Shown: positions 1-9,195, counted from the stretch's first letter. The stretch: 64,000 nucleotides of DNA from Pseudomonadota bacterium (GCA_036140295.1 JAYZYL010000002.1:440-64439); one strand, 5' to 3'. Translations and numbers: made by a program. The notes: generated by a model from the sequence alone, not told the origin.

Positions 1-186
1 TCCAGAAAGTATGAGAAGAAAATTTATATGTTTTTTTGTTACCTTGCTTCTAATTATCTCTCATTTCTCTTTTTTTCCTATGTATTTAGTAAATGGTTTC
101 ATTAATTTATCAATTTTACTAATTACATTCTCTTTTTTAAAAGATATAATTTGGTTATATAGGAAAGAATACTCTTAAATTTAACA

Positions 187-774
187 ATGAGAATAAAAAA
201 TAAATATATTTTAGCCGCTATTATAGTTCTATTTCCAATGCTGTCGTTCTCTCAGGAATACAGCTATAAAATTGATGAAGAACATTTCAGTCTTGGTTTT
301 TTAGTAGAACATGCTGGCTATGCTAAAACATTAGGTATGTTTAGAAAAATAGAAGGTGGCTTCAATCATGATGATGAGAAAAATCAAATTTCAAATGTTA
401 AAATAATAGTAGATACATCAAGCGTGTTCACTAATCATGAAAAAAGAGATTCACATTTGCAAAGTCCAGATTTTTTAGATATACAAAAATTTCCTCAAAT
501 GATTTTTACAGCAGAGAATATTAAAATTACTAAAAATGAAACAACAATGAATGGTAAATTAACATTACTGGGTATTACAAAAGATATTACACTTAAAGGA
601 AAAATAAATAAAATTGCAGAATATCCTTTTGGATTCTCACCTCCAGTAGTAATGGGTATTTCTGCAAGAGGTAACTTTAAAAGATCAGATTTTGGTATGA
701 TGTATGCTGTAGAAGAAAAATTAGTTGGCGATACAGTTGAACTAATTATTGAATTTGAGGCAAAAAGAAACTAA
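187..774 (+). CDS. YceI-family periplasmic protein
   Basis: 195-aa ORF with a signal-like N-terminus (ILAAIIVLFPMLSFSQE). YceI-like pattern including SVFTNHEKRDSHLQSPDFLD. Family recognised from memory, not searched. Confidence 0.7.
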   Translation: MRIKNKYILAAIIVLFPMLSFSQEYSYKIDEEHFSLGFLVEHAGYAKTLGMFRKIEGGFNHDDEKNQISNVKIIVDTSSVFTNHEKRDSHLQSPDFLDIQKFPQMIFTAENIKITKNETTMNGKLTLLGITKDITLKGKINKIAEYPFGFSPPVVMGISARGNFKRSDFGMMYAVEEKLVGDTVELIIEFEAKRN

Positions 775-1441
775 TTTGGACGATAAAAGCCTTACCGTCG
801 ATCCAATTTCTATCAGGAAATATATTGACCTTTTTGGATACAATGAGCCAGAGGTATTGTCAAAATTAAGACTGGAAACAAAAAAGTTTGGACCACTTTC
901 AATTATGCAAATAGGTGCTGCACAAGGAGTATTGCTTAAGATGCTTTGCCAACTAGGAAAATTTAAAAAATGTTTAGAGATAGGTGTATTCACTGGATAT
1001 AGTTCAATTTGTATATCCAGCAGCCTAGCTGATGATGGAAAATTGTTTGCCCTTGATAACAATGAGGAATATATGGAAATAGCAAGAAAATATTGGAAGC
1101 TTGCAAAAGTTGAAAAAAAAATAAATTTAATTTTAGGTGATGCATGTCAATCATTAAATACATTGTGTGAAACTATGAAAGGGACTTTTGATTTTATTTT
1201 TATAGATGCCGATAAAAGTAACTATATAAAATATTACGAGGATTCTCTAATTCTTCTAAAACCACAAGGTTTGATAGCAATTGATAATACAATATGGAAA
1301 GGAAGGGTCTTAGATGATTCTGATAAATCAAAAGGTACTGAATCAATAAGAAAGCTAAATAAACATATAAAAAATGATGATAGAGTTGAACATTGTATTC
1401 TGACAATTTATGATGGCATGACATTGTGTATAAAAAAATAA
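749..1441 (+). CDS. Class I SAM-dependent O-methyltransferase (family 3, caffeoyl-CoA OMT-like)
   Basis: 230-aa ORF with SAM motif LEIGVFTGYSS, plus FALDNN and DFIFIDADK. The ATG at 749 overlaps the upstream stop by 26 nt; TTG at 776 is an alternative start. Confidence 0.75.
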   Translation: MNLRQKETNLDDKSLTVDPISIRKYIDLFGYNEPEVLSKLRLETKKFGPLSIMQIGAAQGVLLKMLCQLGKFKKCLEIGVFTGYSSICISSSLADDGKLFALDNNEEYMEIARKYWKLAKVEKKINLILGDACQSLNTLCETMKGTFDFIFIDADKSNYIKYYEDSLILLKPQGLIAIDNTIWKGRVLDDSDKSKGTESIRKLNKHIKNDDRVEHCILTIYDGMTLCIKK

Positions 1442-1442
1442 T

Positions 1443-2132
1443 ATGTATAAATTAATAAATTTTTATAAGTTTAAAGAGTTAGAGAATCTAGATATCTTGA
1501 AGAAAGAAATTCATACATATCTATATAAAAATAATATAAAAGGTACTGTATTAATTGCCGATGAAGGAATAAATGTCAATCTTTGTGGAAATGAAAATAT
1601 AATTGACCAGTCAATTGGTTTTCTTAAACAAATTATCAATATAAAAAGTATACATATAAATCAGTCAAAAGTGCAAGAAGAGTCATTTAAACGTTTAAAA
1701 GTGAAAATAAAAAAGGAAATTATAAAGATAGGGTTTAATGTAAATAAAAATTTAATTAATAAAAACATACGTTTAAAACCAAAGGATTGGCATAAATTAT
1801 TAGAGGAAAATGTAACATTACTTGATGTCAGGAACAAATTTGAGCATGCACTTGGAACATTTGAGAATGCCATTGGACTGGATCTTCTCAATTTTAATGA
1901 TTTTGAATCTAGCTTAGAACAACTTAACCACCTAAGTAAAAAAAATAAAGTAGCTATATTTTGTACTGGAGGAATAAGATGTGAGAAGGCTGCTGTTTTA
2001 TTAGATCGCTTTGGATTTAATCAAGTCATACAGCTTGATGGAGGTATTTTAAACTATATGAATGAGAATTTACCAAACTCAAAGTGGAAGGGAAAATGTT
2101 TTGTCTTTGATGATAGAATTACCATAGATTAA
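1443..2132 (+). CDS. trhO: Rhodanese-domain protein of the UPF0176/TrhO (YceA) family
   Basis: N-terminal INFYKF...ADEGINVNLCG pattern and rhodanese active-site loop CTGGIRCEKA. At 229 aa it is shorter than E. coli YceA. Confidence 0.65.
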   Translation: MYKLINFYKFKELENLDILKKEIHTYLYKNNIKGTVLIADEGINVNLCGNENIIDQSIGFLKQIINIKSIHINQSKVQEESFKRLKVKIKKEIIKIGFNVNKNLINKNIRLKPKDWHKLLEENVTLLDVRNKFEHALGTFENAIGLDLLNFNDFESSLEQLNHLSKKNKVAIFCTGGIRCEKAAVLLDRFGFNQVIQLDGGILNYMNENLPNSKWKGKCFVFDDRITID

Positions 2133-2156
2133 AAACTTTATTTTTAATTTACTTGA

Positions 2157-2804
2157 CTAGTTATTAGTGATTTTTGTTAGTATTTTTCTATATCGATCTT
2201 TATCAATTATTTGTGGATGATCAATAATTTCATTTAGAGTTTTAATCATTAATTCAGAGTCATTAATTTTTACTGAATAATGCAATTTATTTAAAAGCAT
2301 AGAAGTATCCTTTTCGTCAAGAATAAATAATTTATTGTATGTGTTTATAATTTTTTCTTTATTCCTTTTGCCTCCATCTACCTTCAATACATTTAAATAT
2401 TCTTTTAATACCGCAATATTGTTGCTCTTTAAGGATATTGCTGTTTCATACGCTCCTATTGATAAATTCAGATTATCAATAATTGAATAGGACCGTGCAA
2501 GCATAATCCAGCCTTCATAAAAGCCTGAATCTACTTGGAGTTTTTTTTCTAATTTAGGTATGCTTTTTTTTATCTTTGTAATGTCTTCTCTAATGTTTTT
2601 ATTTTTATCTAATATTCTCTGATATTCACCCATGTCCTGAATACCAGATTTTGGTATATATATAAAAAATAATGGTACTGTTAATAAGATTATTATAAAG
2701 AATTTAGAAAGATTATTAGTCTTAACTTTTTCCTCTTCCCCAATATTAGTTAATAATAAATAAAGATATATTCCTAAAATAGTAATTAATAAAATATAAA
2801 TCAT
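2157..2804 (-). CDS. ccmI: Cytochrome c-type biogenesis protein CcmI-like (TM + TPR)
   Basis: N-terminal TM helix and TPR-like C-terminal part. Sits directly downstream of, and overlaps, ccmH as in ccmFGHI operons. Confidence 0.5.
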   Translation of the reverse strand: MIYILLITILGIYLYLLLTNIGEEEKVKTNNLSKFFIIILLTVPLFFIYIPKSGIQDMGEYQRILDKNKNIREDITKIKKSIPKLEKKLQVDSGFYEGWIMLARSYSIIDNLNLSIGAYETAISLKSNNIAVLKEYLNVLKVDGGKRNKEKIINTYNKLFILDEKDTSMLLNKLHYSVKINDSELMIKTLNEIIDHPQIIDKDRYRKILTKITNN

Positions 2805-3184
2805 TTTGAACTAAAGTAACGTCTAAATAAAAAGTAAGTTAAAATTAAAAAAAATAGAAAAGGGCCAAGCCATAATAATATATTCTGCTTCGTAAATGGA
2901 GGTTGATAAAGAATAAAAGAACTGTATCTTTCAACTAAGAATTTTTTTATTTCTTCTTCACTTTTCCCATCATTAAGCATTTCTCTTACTTTATTTTTTA
3001 AATCTATAGCAAGTGGCGCTTCTGATTCTTCTAAATTTTGGTTTTGACAAACCATGCATCTTAATTCAGAAATTAGTTTTTTGTATGTTTCTTGTTCATT
3101 TGAAATTTGACTCATTACAGAAATTGGATGCAAAAAAAAGACAAACAATAAAAGAAAGAAAATTGATAAGTTATTTTTCTTCAT
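2801..3184 (-). CDS. ccmH: Cytochrome c-type biogenesis protein CcmH
   Basis: Signal peptide, LRCMVCQNQNLEESEAPLA (the CcmH CxxC motif) and a C-terminal TM helix. Confidence 0.85.
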   Translation of the reverse strand: MKKNNLSIFFLLLFVFFLHPISVMSQISNEQETYKKLISELRCMVCQNQNLEESEAPLAIDLKNKVREMLNDGKSEEEIKKFLVERYSSFILYQPPFTKQNILLWLGPFLFFLILTYFLFRRYFSSK

Positions 3185-3695
3185 TTATTTTCTCAATAAG
3201 TGGAACTATATCATTATATAAAGTTTCTCTATTTAATGCTCCTATGTATTTAGCGCGTATAATTCCTTTTTTATCGACCAAAAAAGTTTCTGGAACTCCA
3301 TATACGCCTAAATCTAGACTTAACTTTCCTTGCTCATCAAAAATATTAAGTTCATATGGGTTCCCTTGGATCTTCAGCCAGCCCAAAGCATCTCCTACTT
3401 TATCCTTATAATTTACGCCATAAATCTTAATTATTTTTTTTTCATGAATTTCTTCCAACACGGCATGTTCTTCAATGCAAGCTACGCACCAACTTGCCCA
3501 AATATTTAATAATTTTAGGTCTCCAGCCATAATATCTTGATTGATATGTTTTGATCCAGTAATGTTCATAAGTTGAAAATTTGGCATTTTTTTTCCAACA
3601 AGTGGAGATCTTATGATGCTAGGGTTATTTGACAGACCCAAAAAAAGTAAAATAGTAATTATGAAAAAAAATATTAGTGGTGATAGATGTTTCAT
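3171..3695 (-). CDS. ccmG: Thiol:disulfide oxidoreductase CcmG/DsbE
   Basis: N-terminal anchor and thioredoxin fold with WASWCVAC and GVYGVPETFLV. Confidence 0.85.
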   Translation of the reverse strand: MKHLSPLIFFFIITILLFLGLSNNPSIIRSPLVGKKMPNFQLMNITGSKHINQDIMAGDLKLLNIWASWCVACIEEHAVLEEIHEKKIIKIYGVNYKDKVGDALGWLKIQGNPYELNIFDEQGKLSLDLGVYGVPETFLVDKKGIIRAKYIGALNRETLYNDIVPLIEKINEEK

Positions 3696-5611
3696 AATTG
3701 TCTCTTCCTTCTATAAGCTACATTAATAATGCCACCCAAAGCCATGAGGATAGCACCAAGCCAAATTAATCTAACTAGCGGTTTATGATAAATTCGTACA
3801 GACCATTTATCCTGATCTATATGATTTCCCAACGTTACATATAGATCTTTGGAAAGACCGGGTTCTATTCCAGCCTCAGTCATAGGTAAGTCATTAGAAA
3901 AATAGAGTCTCTTCTCAGGAAATAATGTTGTTATTAATTTTCCATCTTTTTTTACATCAAATATTCCTACGAGTGCATCATAGTTTGCTGCTTTTATTTC
4001 CTTCATGTCTCTAAATATAAAGTTGTACTCCTTAACTTTAATTTGATCACTGATGCCCATGATAACTTCTTTCTCAGTTTTATCATTCTCAACAATAGTC
4101 GCGCCAAGAATAAAAACAGCAAGTCCTATATGGGCAAAATACATGCCTATATTCTTCCCGGGCCAAGAGAAACTCTTTGCCGTGATCATATTTTTTATTA
4201 ATTCGTAAACAAGATTAATAATTATCCAAAAAAATAGAAATAGACCAACCAGTATAGGTATAGAGTATTTATTAAAGGCATATAGAACTAAAAAGCTCAA
4301 AATAAAGGTCAAAAGAATACTTTGAAATAATTTAGAAATATTTCTATCCGAAAGGCTAGATGTCGAAAATTTTATTATTGGTATAAACCCTGCCAAAAAT
4401 ACAAGTGGTATCATTAATGGGAGAAAAACTAGATTATAATATGGTACTCCAACAGAAATTTTTTCCAAACCTAATAAATCTAAAAGCAAAGGGTATATTG
4501 TTCCTAACAGTATTGTAAAAGTTGCTGTTACCAACAATATATTATTTAAAAGAAAAAAAGTTTCCTTTGAGACTAGATTAAATTTATTTCTATCTTTTAT
4601 TTGGGGTGCGTTTAGAAAATAAATAAATAATGAACTACCAATAATAATAGACAAGAATGCTAAGATGAATACTCCTCTTGCAGGATCATTTGCAAATGAA
4701 TGAACAGAAATTAGTATTCCTGATCTTACTAAAAATGTACCTAATAAGCTTAATGAGAAAGCAAAAATTGACAGTAATATAGTCCAGTTCTTAAATACCT
4801 GCTTTTGTTCGCACATAATTAAAGAATGAATCAGTGCTGTAGTCATAAGCCAAGGCATAAATGAAGCATTTTCTACGGGGTCCCAAAACCACCAACCACC
4901 CCAGCCTAATTCATAATATGCCCACCAACTTCCAAGCGCTATCCCAAGGGTTAAAAAACTCCAAGAGGCTAAGACCCATGGCCTTATCCAATTTGCCCAC
5001 TCTGGTTTAAATTCTTTATGAATACAACAGGTAATGGCAAAACTAAATACTACGGATAAACCAACATAGCCCATATATAATATTGGAGGATGTACAATTA
5101 AACCAAAATCTTGTAGGAGTGGATTGAGATCTTTTCCGTCAATTGGTACTGACAAATTCTTTTCAAATGGATTAGAAGTAAAAACTAGAAACAAAAGAAA
5201 CCCAAGATTGAGCACGCCCATGATGCTTAAAAAGTTTTTTCTAAATTCTAAATCAAGAGTTTTACTAAAATAACTAGCTAAAAACATCCAAAAACTAAGT
5301 ATTAGGCACCAAAGCAACATTGAGCCTTCATGACCTGCCCAAGTTGCAGAAATTTTATAGAAATATGGCAAAGCTGAATTTGAGTTTGATGAAACATATT
5401 GCAAAGAAAAGTCATTAATCAAAAATGAATAAATTAAACAAATAAACGATAAAAGTACAATTGGGAATTGAATCTTGGATGCAGAAAATATTACTTGTTG
5501 GTATGACTTGTCAATTCTTGACAATAATGGTTGGGATGAAACTAATATTATTGAATTAAATAATGCAAGTAAGATTAGAAAAAACCCTATATATGAAATC
5601 ATGTTGCTCAT
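3692..5611 (-). CDS. ccmF: Cytochrome c heme lyase subunit CcmF
   Basis: 639-aa polytopic membrane protein with the WWD-type motif WGGWWFWDPVENAS. Confidence 0.9.
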   Translation of the reverse strand: MSNMISYIGFFLILLALFNSIILVSSQPLLSRIDKSYQQVIFSASKIQFPIVLLSFICLIYSFLINDFSLQYVSSNSNSALPYFYKISATWAGHEGSMLLWCLILSFWMFLASYFSKTLDLEFRKNFLSIMGVLNLGFLLFLVFTSNPFEKNLSVPIDGKDLNPLLQDFGLIVHPPILYMGYVGLSVVFSFAITCCIHKEFKPEWANWIRPWVLASWSFLTLGIALGSWWAYYELGWGGWWFWDPVENASFMPWLMTTALIHSLIMCEQKQVFKNWTILLSIFAFSLSLLGTFLVRSGILISVHSFANDPARGVFILAFLSIIIGSSLFIYFLNAPQIKDRNKFNLVSKETFFLLNNILLVTATFTILLGTIYPLLLDLLGLEKISVGVPYYNLVFLPLMIPLVFLAGFIPIIKFSTSSLSDRNISKLFQSILLTFILSFLVLYAFNKYSIPILVGLFLFFWIIINLVYELIKNMITAKSFSWPGKNIGMYFAHIGLAVFILGATIVENDKTEKEVIMGISDQIKVKEYNFIFRDMKEIKAANYDALVGIFDVKKDGKLITTLFPEKRLYFSNDLPMTEAGIEPGLSKDLYVTLGNHIDQDKWSVRIYHKPLVRLIWLGAILMALGGIINVAYRRKRQL

Positions 5612-6069
5612 TTTAATTGAAGTGATTTAGATGAATCAATTAGAATTTCTCTATTTACTTTTAAACTATCTTTAACTTCAGGAGGCATATAAGTTTCATC
5701 ATGTTTGGCTAGAACTTCCTCCGCAACAAAAATCCCATTATTAAGCAATTTGCCCCTGACAACAACACCTTGTCCCTCGCGGAAAAGATCAGGGAGTATC
5801 CCCTCATATTTAACTGTGATACTTTTTTCAAAATCAGTAATTCTAAATTCTTTATCTGTGGATGTTTTACTCTTAATTAGACTATTATCAACCACTACGC
5901 CACCAATTCTGAAAACATAATTTTCAGGAAATTCATTTTGAGAAATTTGTGATGGGCTTCTATAAAAAAGTAGATTTTCATTAAACGTTTTTATAAATAA
6001 AAAGAATAAAATAACTAGAAAAAATATGATTATAACAATGTAATATAATCTTACTGTTCTTGCCTTCAT
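5608..6069 (-). CDS. ccmE: Heme chaperone CcmE
   Basis: N-terminal anchor, OB-fold-like body and LAKHDETYMPPEV (heme-binding His motif). Confidence 0.85.
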   Translation of the reverse strand: MKARTVRLYYIVIIIFFLVILFFLFIKTFNENLLFYRSPSQISQNEFPENYVFRIGGVVVDNSLIKSKTSTDKEFRITDFEKSITVKYEGILPDLFREGQGVVVRGKLLNNGIFVAEEVLAKHDETYMPPEVKDSLKVNREILIDSSKSLQLK

Positions 6070-6073
6070 AAAA

Positions 6074-6199
6074 TTAATCTTTGTCCTTAATCTGCCTTAT
6101 GGATTCATTATACCTACGAAATAGTAAAAATAAATTCAAAAGCATTACGCCTATTACAATACTGTATGATGAGAAAATATATATAAAATATTGTGCCAT
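6074..6199 (-). CDS. ccmD: Heme exporter protein CcmD (41 aa, not in ORF track)
   Basis: Manual translation of the minus strand gives MAQYFIYIFSSYSIVIGVMLLNLFLLFRRYNESIRQIKDKD*. It has a single TM helix and a basic tail, and ends 5 nt before the ccmE start. Size and position fit CcmD. Confidence 0.5.
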   Translation of the reverse strand: MAQYFIYIFSSYSIVIGVMLLNLFLLFRRYNESIRQIKDKD

Positions 6200-6468
6200 T
6201 TAGGTGATATTATATATCATCATGGATAAAAGTGGTTATAAAAGAAAGAATACTAGAAGCAGTAATATTACAAGGGGTATTTTAGCAATAATACTCCTGT
6301 TCCCTCTCATATGGTTAATTGTTGTAATTATTAAGAATCTTTTATAAATATTTAGTTATCTAAAGTGTCTTTCCCGGCAAATTATCTATAATTTAAAACT
6401 TGCACTTATCTGTATATAGGATGATGATATTGTTATAAACACATGTTTGTTGTGAGAGAAATATAGAT

Positions 6469-6813
6469 ATGAATACTATTAAAGTAGATGGTAAAAATAT
6501 CGCTATAAATGAACAGGGTTATCTTCTCAATTTAGATGAATGGTCCGAAGCATATACAAAGGAAATTGCTAAAAAGGATAATATTGAATTATATAATGAT
6601 CACTGGGAAATAATTTTCTATTTTCGTGAATACTATCATGAGAATGACGCATCACCTACAATGCATCAAATGATTGTAAATTTAATGCCTAAAAATATTA
6701 AATTTCATGATAAGAAAAAATATGAAAAACATATCTATTCTCTGTTTCCATCAGATCCAATAAGAGAGATTTGTAAGTTAGCAGGACTTCCTATGCCAGA
6801 AGCTGATACTTAA
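6469..6813 (+). CDS. DsrC/TusE-family sulfur-relay-like protein (lacks the penultimate Cys)
   Basis: 114 aa with N-terminal G.L....W and YYHEN...SPTM patterns. The C-terminal arm ICKLAGLPMPEADT aligns with DsrC CK(I/L)AGLPKPTGCV. Confidence 0.8.
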   Translation: MNTIKVDGKNIAINEQGYLLNLDEWSEAYTKEIAKKDNIELYNDHWEIIFYFREYYHENDASPTMHQMIVNLMPKNIKFHDKKKYEKHIYSLFPSDPIREICKLAGLPMPEADT

Positions 6814-7149
6814 TGGGAAAATCTAATCTGTAAAGATTTATTGACTCATTCTAAATTTAATATAAAATTATGTTTAGGATGAAAAAGAAGGATTCTCATT
6901 TATTTCCAACATCTATTCAGCATAATAACCATGACCATGATTGTGGTTGTGTTAAATGTTACTTTAATGAGATCACTCTTGGTCCAAAAATTGAGTTTGT
7001 ATGGATAATAGAATATTTTTTAAGATTTATTATACAAAATTCAGATATAAATAACTTAAGACCATCCAGGCTCTTTAGTTCCTCTTACCCAAGATCACCT
7101 CCTTTATAAAATTAATCATTTAAAAAATTAATTTATTAAGGAGATTTTT

Positions 7150-9096
7150 ATGTATAAATATACATTACTGGTCCCTCTATTGATTATATGTGCAAATGTC
7201 TCGTTTGGTGAGACGATAAGTGATGTAGATGTGTCTTCACCATTATTTATAAACTCTGTAAATGAGAATAAGTATCCTGTTCATATAATTGGGAAAGAGG
7301 AGATAAATACTTATCAAAGTATAGGAAATAATATAGAAAACTTGTCTGGCGTTTCCAATGCAGATTATGGTATAGCAATAGGTCAACCTGTGATACGTGG
7401 TTTAACAGGTGATAGGACTAGATTGCTCTCAGATGGAGTTCAAATAAATGACCTAAGTCATATTAGTGGAGATCATTCCAACAATGTGAATTTAAATAAC
7501 ATCTCATATATTGAGATTTTCAAAGGTCCCTCTGCTTTATTTAGCTATGGAGCAACAAGTGGTGGAATTATAAATGTAGTCTCAGACATATTCTCAAATA
7601 AAAAATATTATAGTAAATTTAAACTAGATTATTTAACGGTAAACAATGGATATGGACATAATTTACTATTTAAGGAATATTTGCTAGATACAAATCTATT
7701 TTTTTCATTTAGTAATAAACATCTGGATAATTATAGTCTTCCAGACGGCGCATTATTTGAAGATGGTGTCAAAAAAAGAACTAAATCAAACTCAGATTAT
7801 AAAAACCAAAATATTAAACTAGGCTTATCCTTCCCGAGAGAATGGGGATATTTTGGTATAGCCTTTGAAAATACTGATGGTATTTATGGAATACCATTCC
7901 ATGCCGAGGAAGAAGAGGAAGAAGAGGAAGAAGAGGAACATAGAATCTTCTCAAAAATAGAGTCAGAAACCTTTACCTTGAAAGGGAGGTACAACAAGAT
8001 CATATTTTTTAATTCTATTGATTATTTCTACAGAGATTCTAATTATTTCTTGAAAGAGCATGAAGAAGATGGATCTGCATCTTTGAATAATAATAGTAAA
8101 GAACTTTCTATAAAACTTGATCTAGATGATGACAAATACGAAAAGAAATTACTCTTTCAATATGGTCACAGAAAATCTCCAATGACAGATGCTTATCTTC
8201 CCTCATCAGAGTCCTACGAAAGATCTATCGCTTACTTTGCAAGAACAAAAAATAAACCATATGAAATTGATTTTGCTGGGCGGTATGATTCTAATTCTAG
8301 AGATAGCAATAGTCAACGCTACGGAGATACATCTTTGAGCTTTGCAACAAGTTACTCCAAAAAGCTTAATCAATCTCTTTTTTATACTGTTGGGTATGCT
8401 CACACATCAAGAAGCCCAGCCATATCAGAATTGTTTGCTAATGGTGTTCATGGACCTACTCAAAGATATGAGAGAGGAAATAATAGACTTACTAGGGAAG
8501 TTTCAAGAAATATTGAATTAGGCTTACAGTATGCTGTAAATGATATTAATATAGATCTTAATTTATACAGAAATAATATTAATGATTTTATTTTCTTGAG
8601 TGACCAATCTACTACCACTAGCGGCAAAACTGATGCTAATTGGAGCCAAAAAAATGCTGTCTTTCAGGGGTTTGAAATATCCTTATCTAAAGAATACATC
8701 ATTGACAGGGGCGTTATTCAAATAAAATTAAGTAGAGATGATATTTCTGCAATTTTTGACGATAACACTTATATTCCAAGAGTCACGCCAGCCAGAAATA
8801 TTCTGTCTGCTAGATATGATGATAATGATAATACTAAATACTCATTAGATTTAATTCATGCTGAATCACAAGGAGATTTCTCATCGATTGAAGCGAAAAC
8901 AAACTCTTACATAAATCTAAATGTTGGGTTTTCTAAGATAATCCCTATAGGTCCTGATCAAAATATTACTTTAGACATTCATGCTAATAATATTCTGAAT
9001 AAAACTATAAGAAATCATGAATCATTTGTTAAGGATAATGTTCCTACACCAGGTGCCAATTTTGGAATGGTTATTAATTTTGACTATAAACTTTAG
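7150..9096 (+). CDS. TonB-dependent outer-membrane receptor (metal-type, substrate unknown)
   Basis: Signal peptide, plug domain (VIRGLTGDRTRLLSDGVQINDLSHISGDH...EIFKGPSALFSYGATSGGIINVVS) and a long beta-barrel. AAGGAG Shine-Dalgarno 6 nt upstream. Confidence 0.85.
   Translation: MYKYTLLVPLLIICANVSFGETISDVDVSSPLFINSVNENKYPVHIIGKEEINTYQSIGNNIENLSGVSNADYGIAIGQPVIRGLTGDRTRLLSDGVQINDLSHISGDHSNNVNLNNISYIEIFKGPSALFSYGATSGGIINVVSDIFSNKKYYSKFKLDYLTVNNGYGHNLLFKEYLLDTNLFFSFSNKHLDNYSLPDGALFEDGVKKRTKSNSDYKNQNIKLGLSFPREWGYFGIAFENTDGIYGIPFHAEEEEEEEEEEEHRIFSKIESETFTLKGRYNKIIFFNSIDYFYRDSNYFLKEHEEDGSASLNNNSKELSIKLDLDDDKYEKKLLFQYGHRKSPMTDAYLPSSESYERSIAYFARTKNKPYEIDFAGRYDSNSRDSNSQRYGDTSLSFATSYSKKLNQSLFYTVGYAHTSRSPAISELFANGVHGPTQRYERGNNRLTREVSRNIELGLQYAVNDINIDLNLYRNNINDFIFLSDQSTTTSGKTDANWSQKNAVFQGFEISLSKEYIIDRGVIQIKLSRDDISAIFDDNTYIPRVTPARNILSARYDDNDNTKYSLDLIHAESQGDFSSIEAKTNSYINLNVGFSKIIPIGPDQNITLDIHANNILNKTIRNHESFVKDNVPTPGANFGMVINFDYKL
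7906..7938 (+). repeat. Perfect (GAG GAA GAA)n trinucleotide/9-nt repeat encoding Glu11 inside the TonB-dependent receptor
   Basis: gaggaagaa x3 plus gaggaa read directly from the sequence. It is translated as H-A-E11-H. Confidence 0.95.
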
Positions 9097-9139
9097 TCCT
9101 GTTAATTATATTAATTAGTAAAAAGAGGTGGAATATTAT

Positions 9140-9162
9140 TAATGGCTATGGGTGAACTATGA
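9140..9162. repeat. attL-like copy of the tRNA-Met 3' end
   Basis: aatggctatgggtg (9140-9153) is identical to 13402-13415. The following aactatgaa matches gacttgaa with 1 mismatch and a 1-nt indel. Confidence 0.75.
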
Positions 9163-9195
9163 ATGAATATATAATGATTTTAAATGGAGGTAGAT

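Noticed and set aside
3013-3411. A 132-aa plus-strand ORF spanning the ccmH/ccmG junction.
   Set aside because: It is antisense to two well-supported ccm genes and is spurious.
6870-7109. A 79-aa His/Cys-rich ORF upstream of the TonB-dependent receptor.
   Set aside because: It has no Shine-Dalgarno, a low-complexity AT-rich body and no recognisable family. I treat it as non-coding leader sequence (see the leader finding), although a metal-related leader peptide cannot be excluded.
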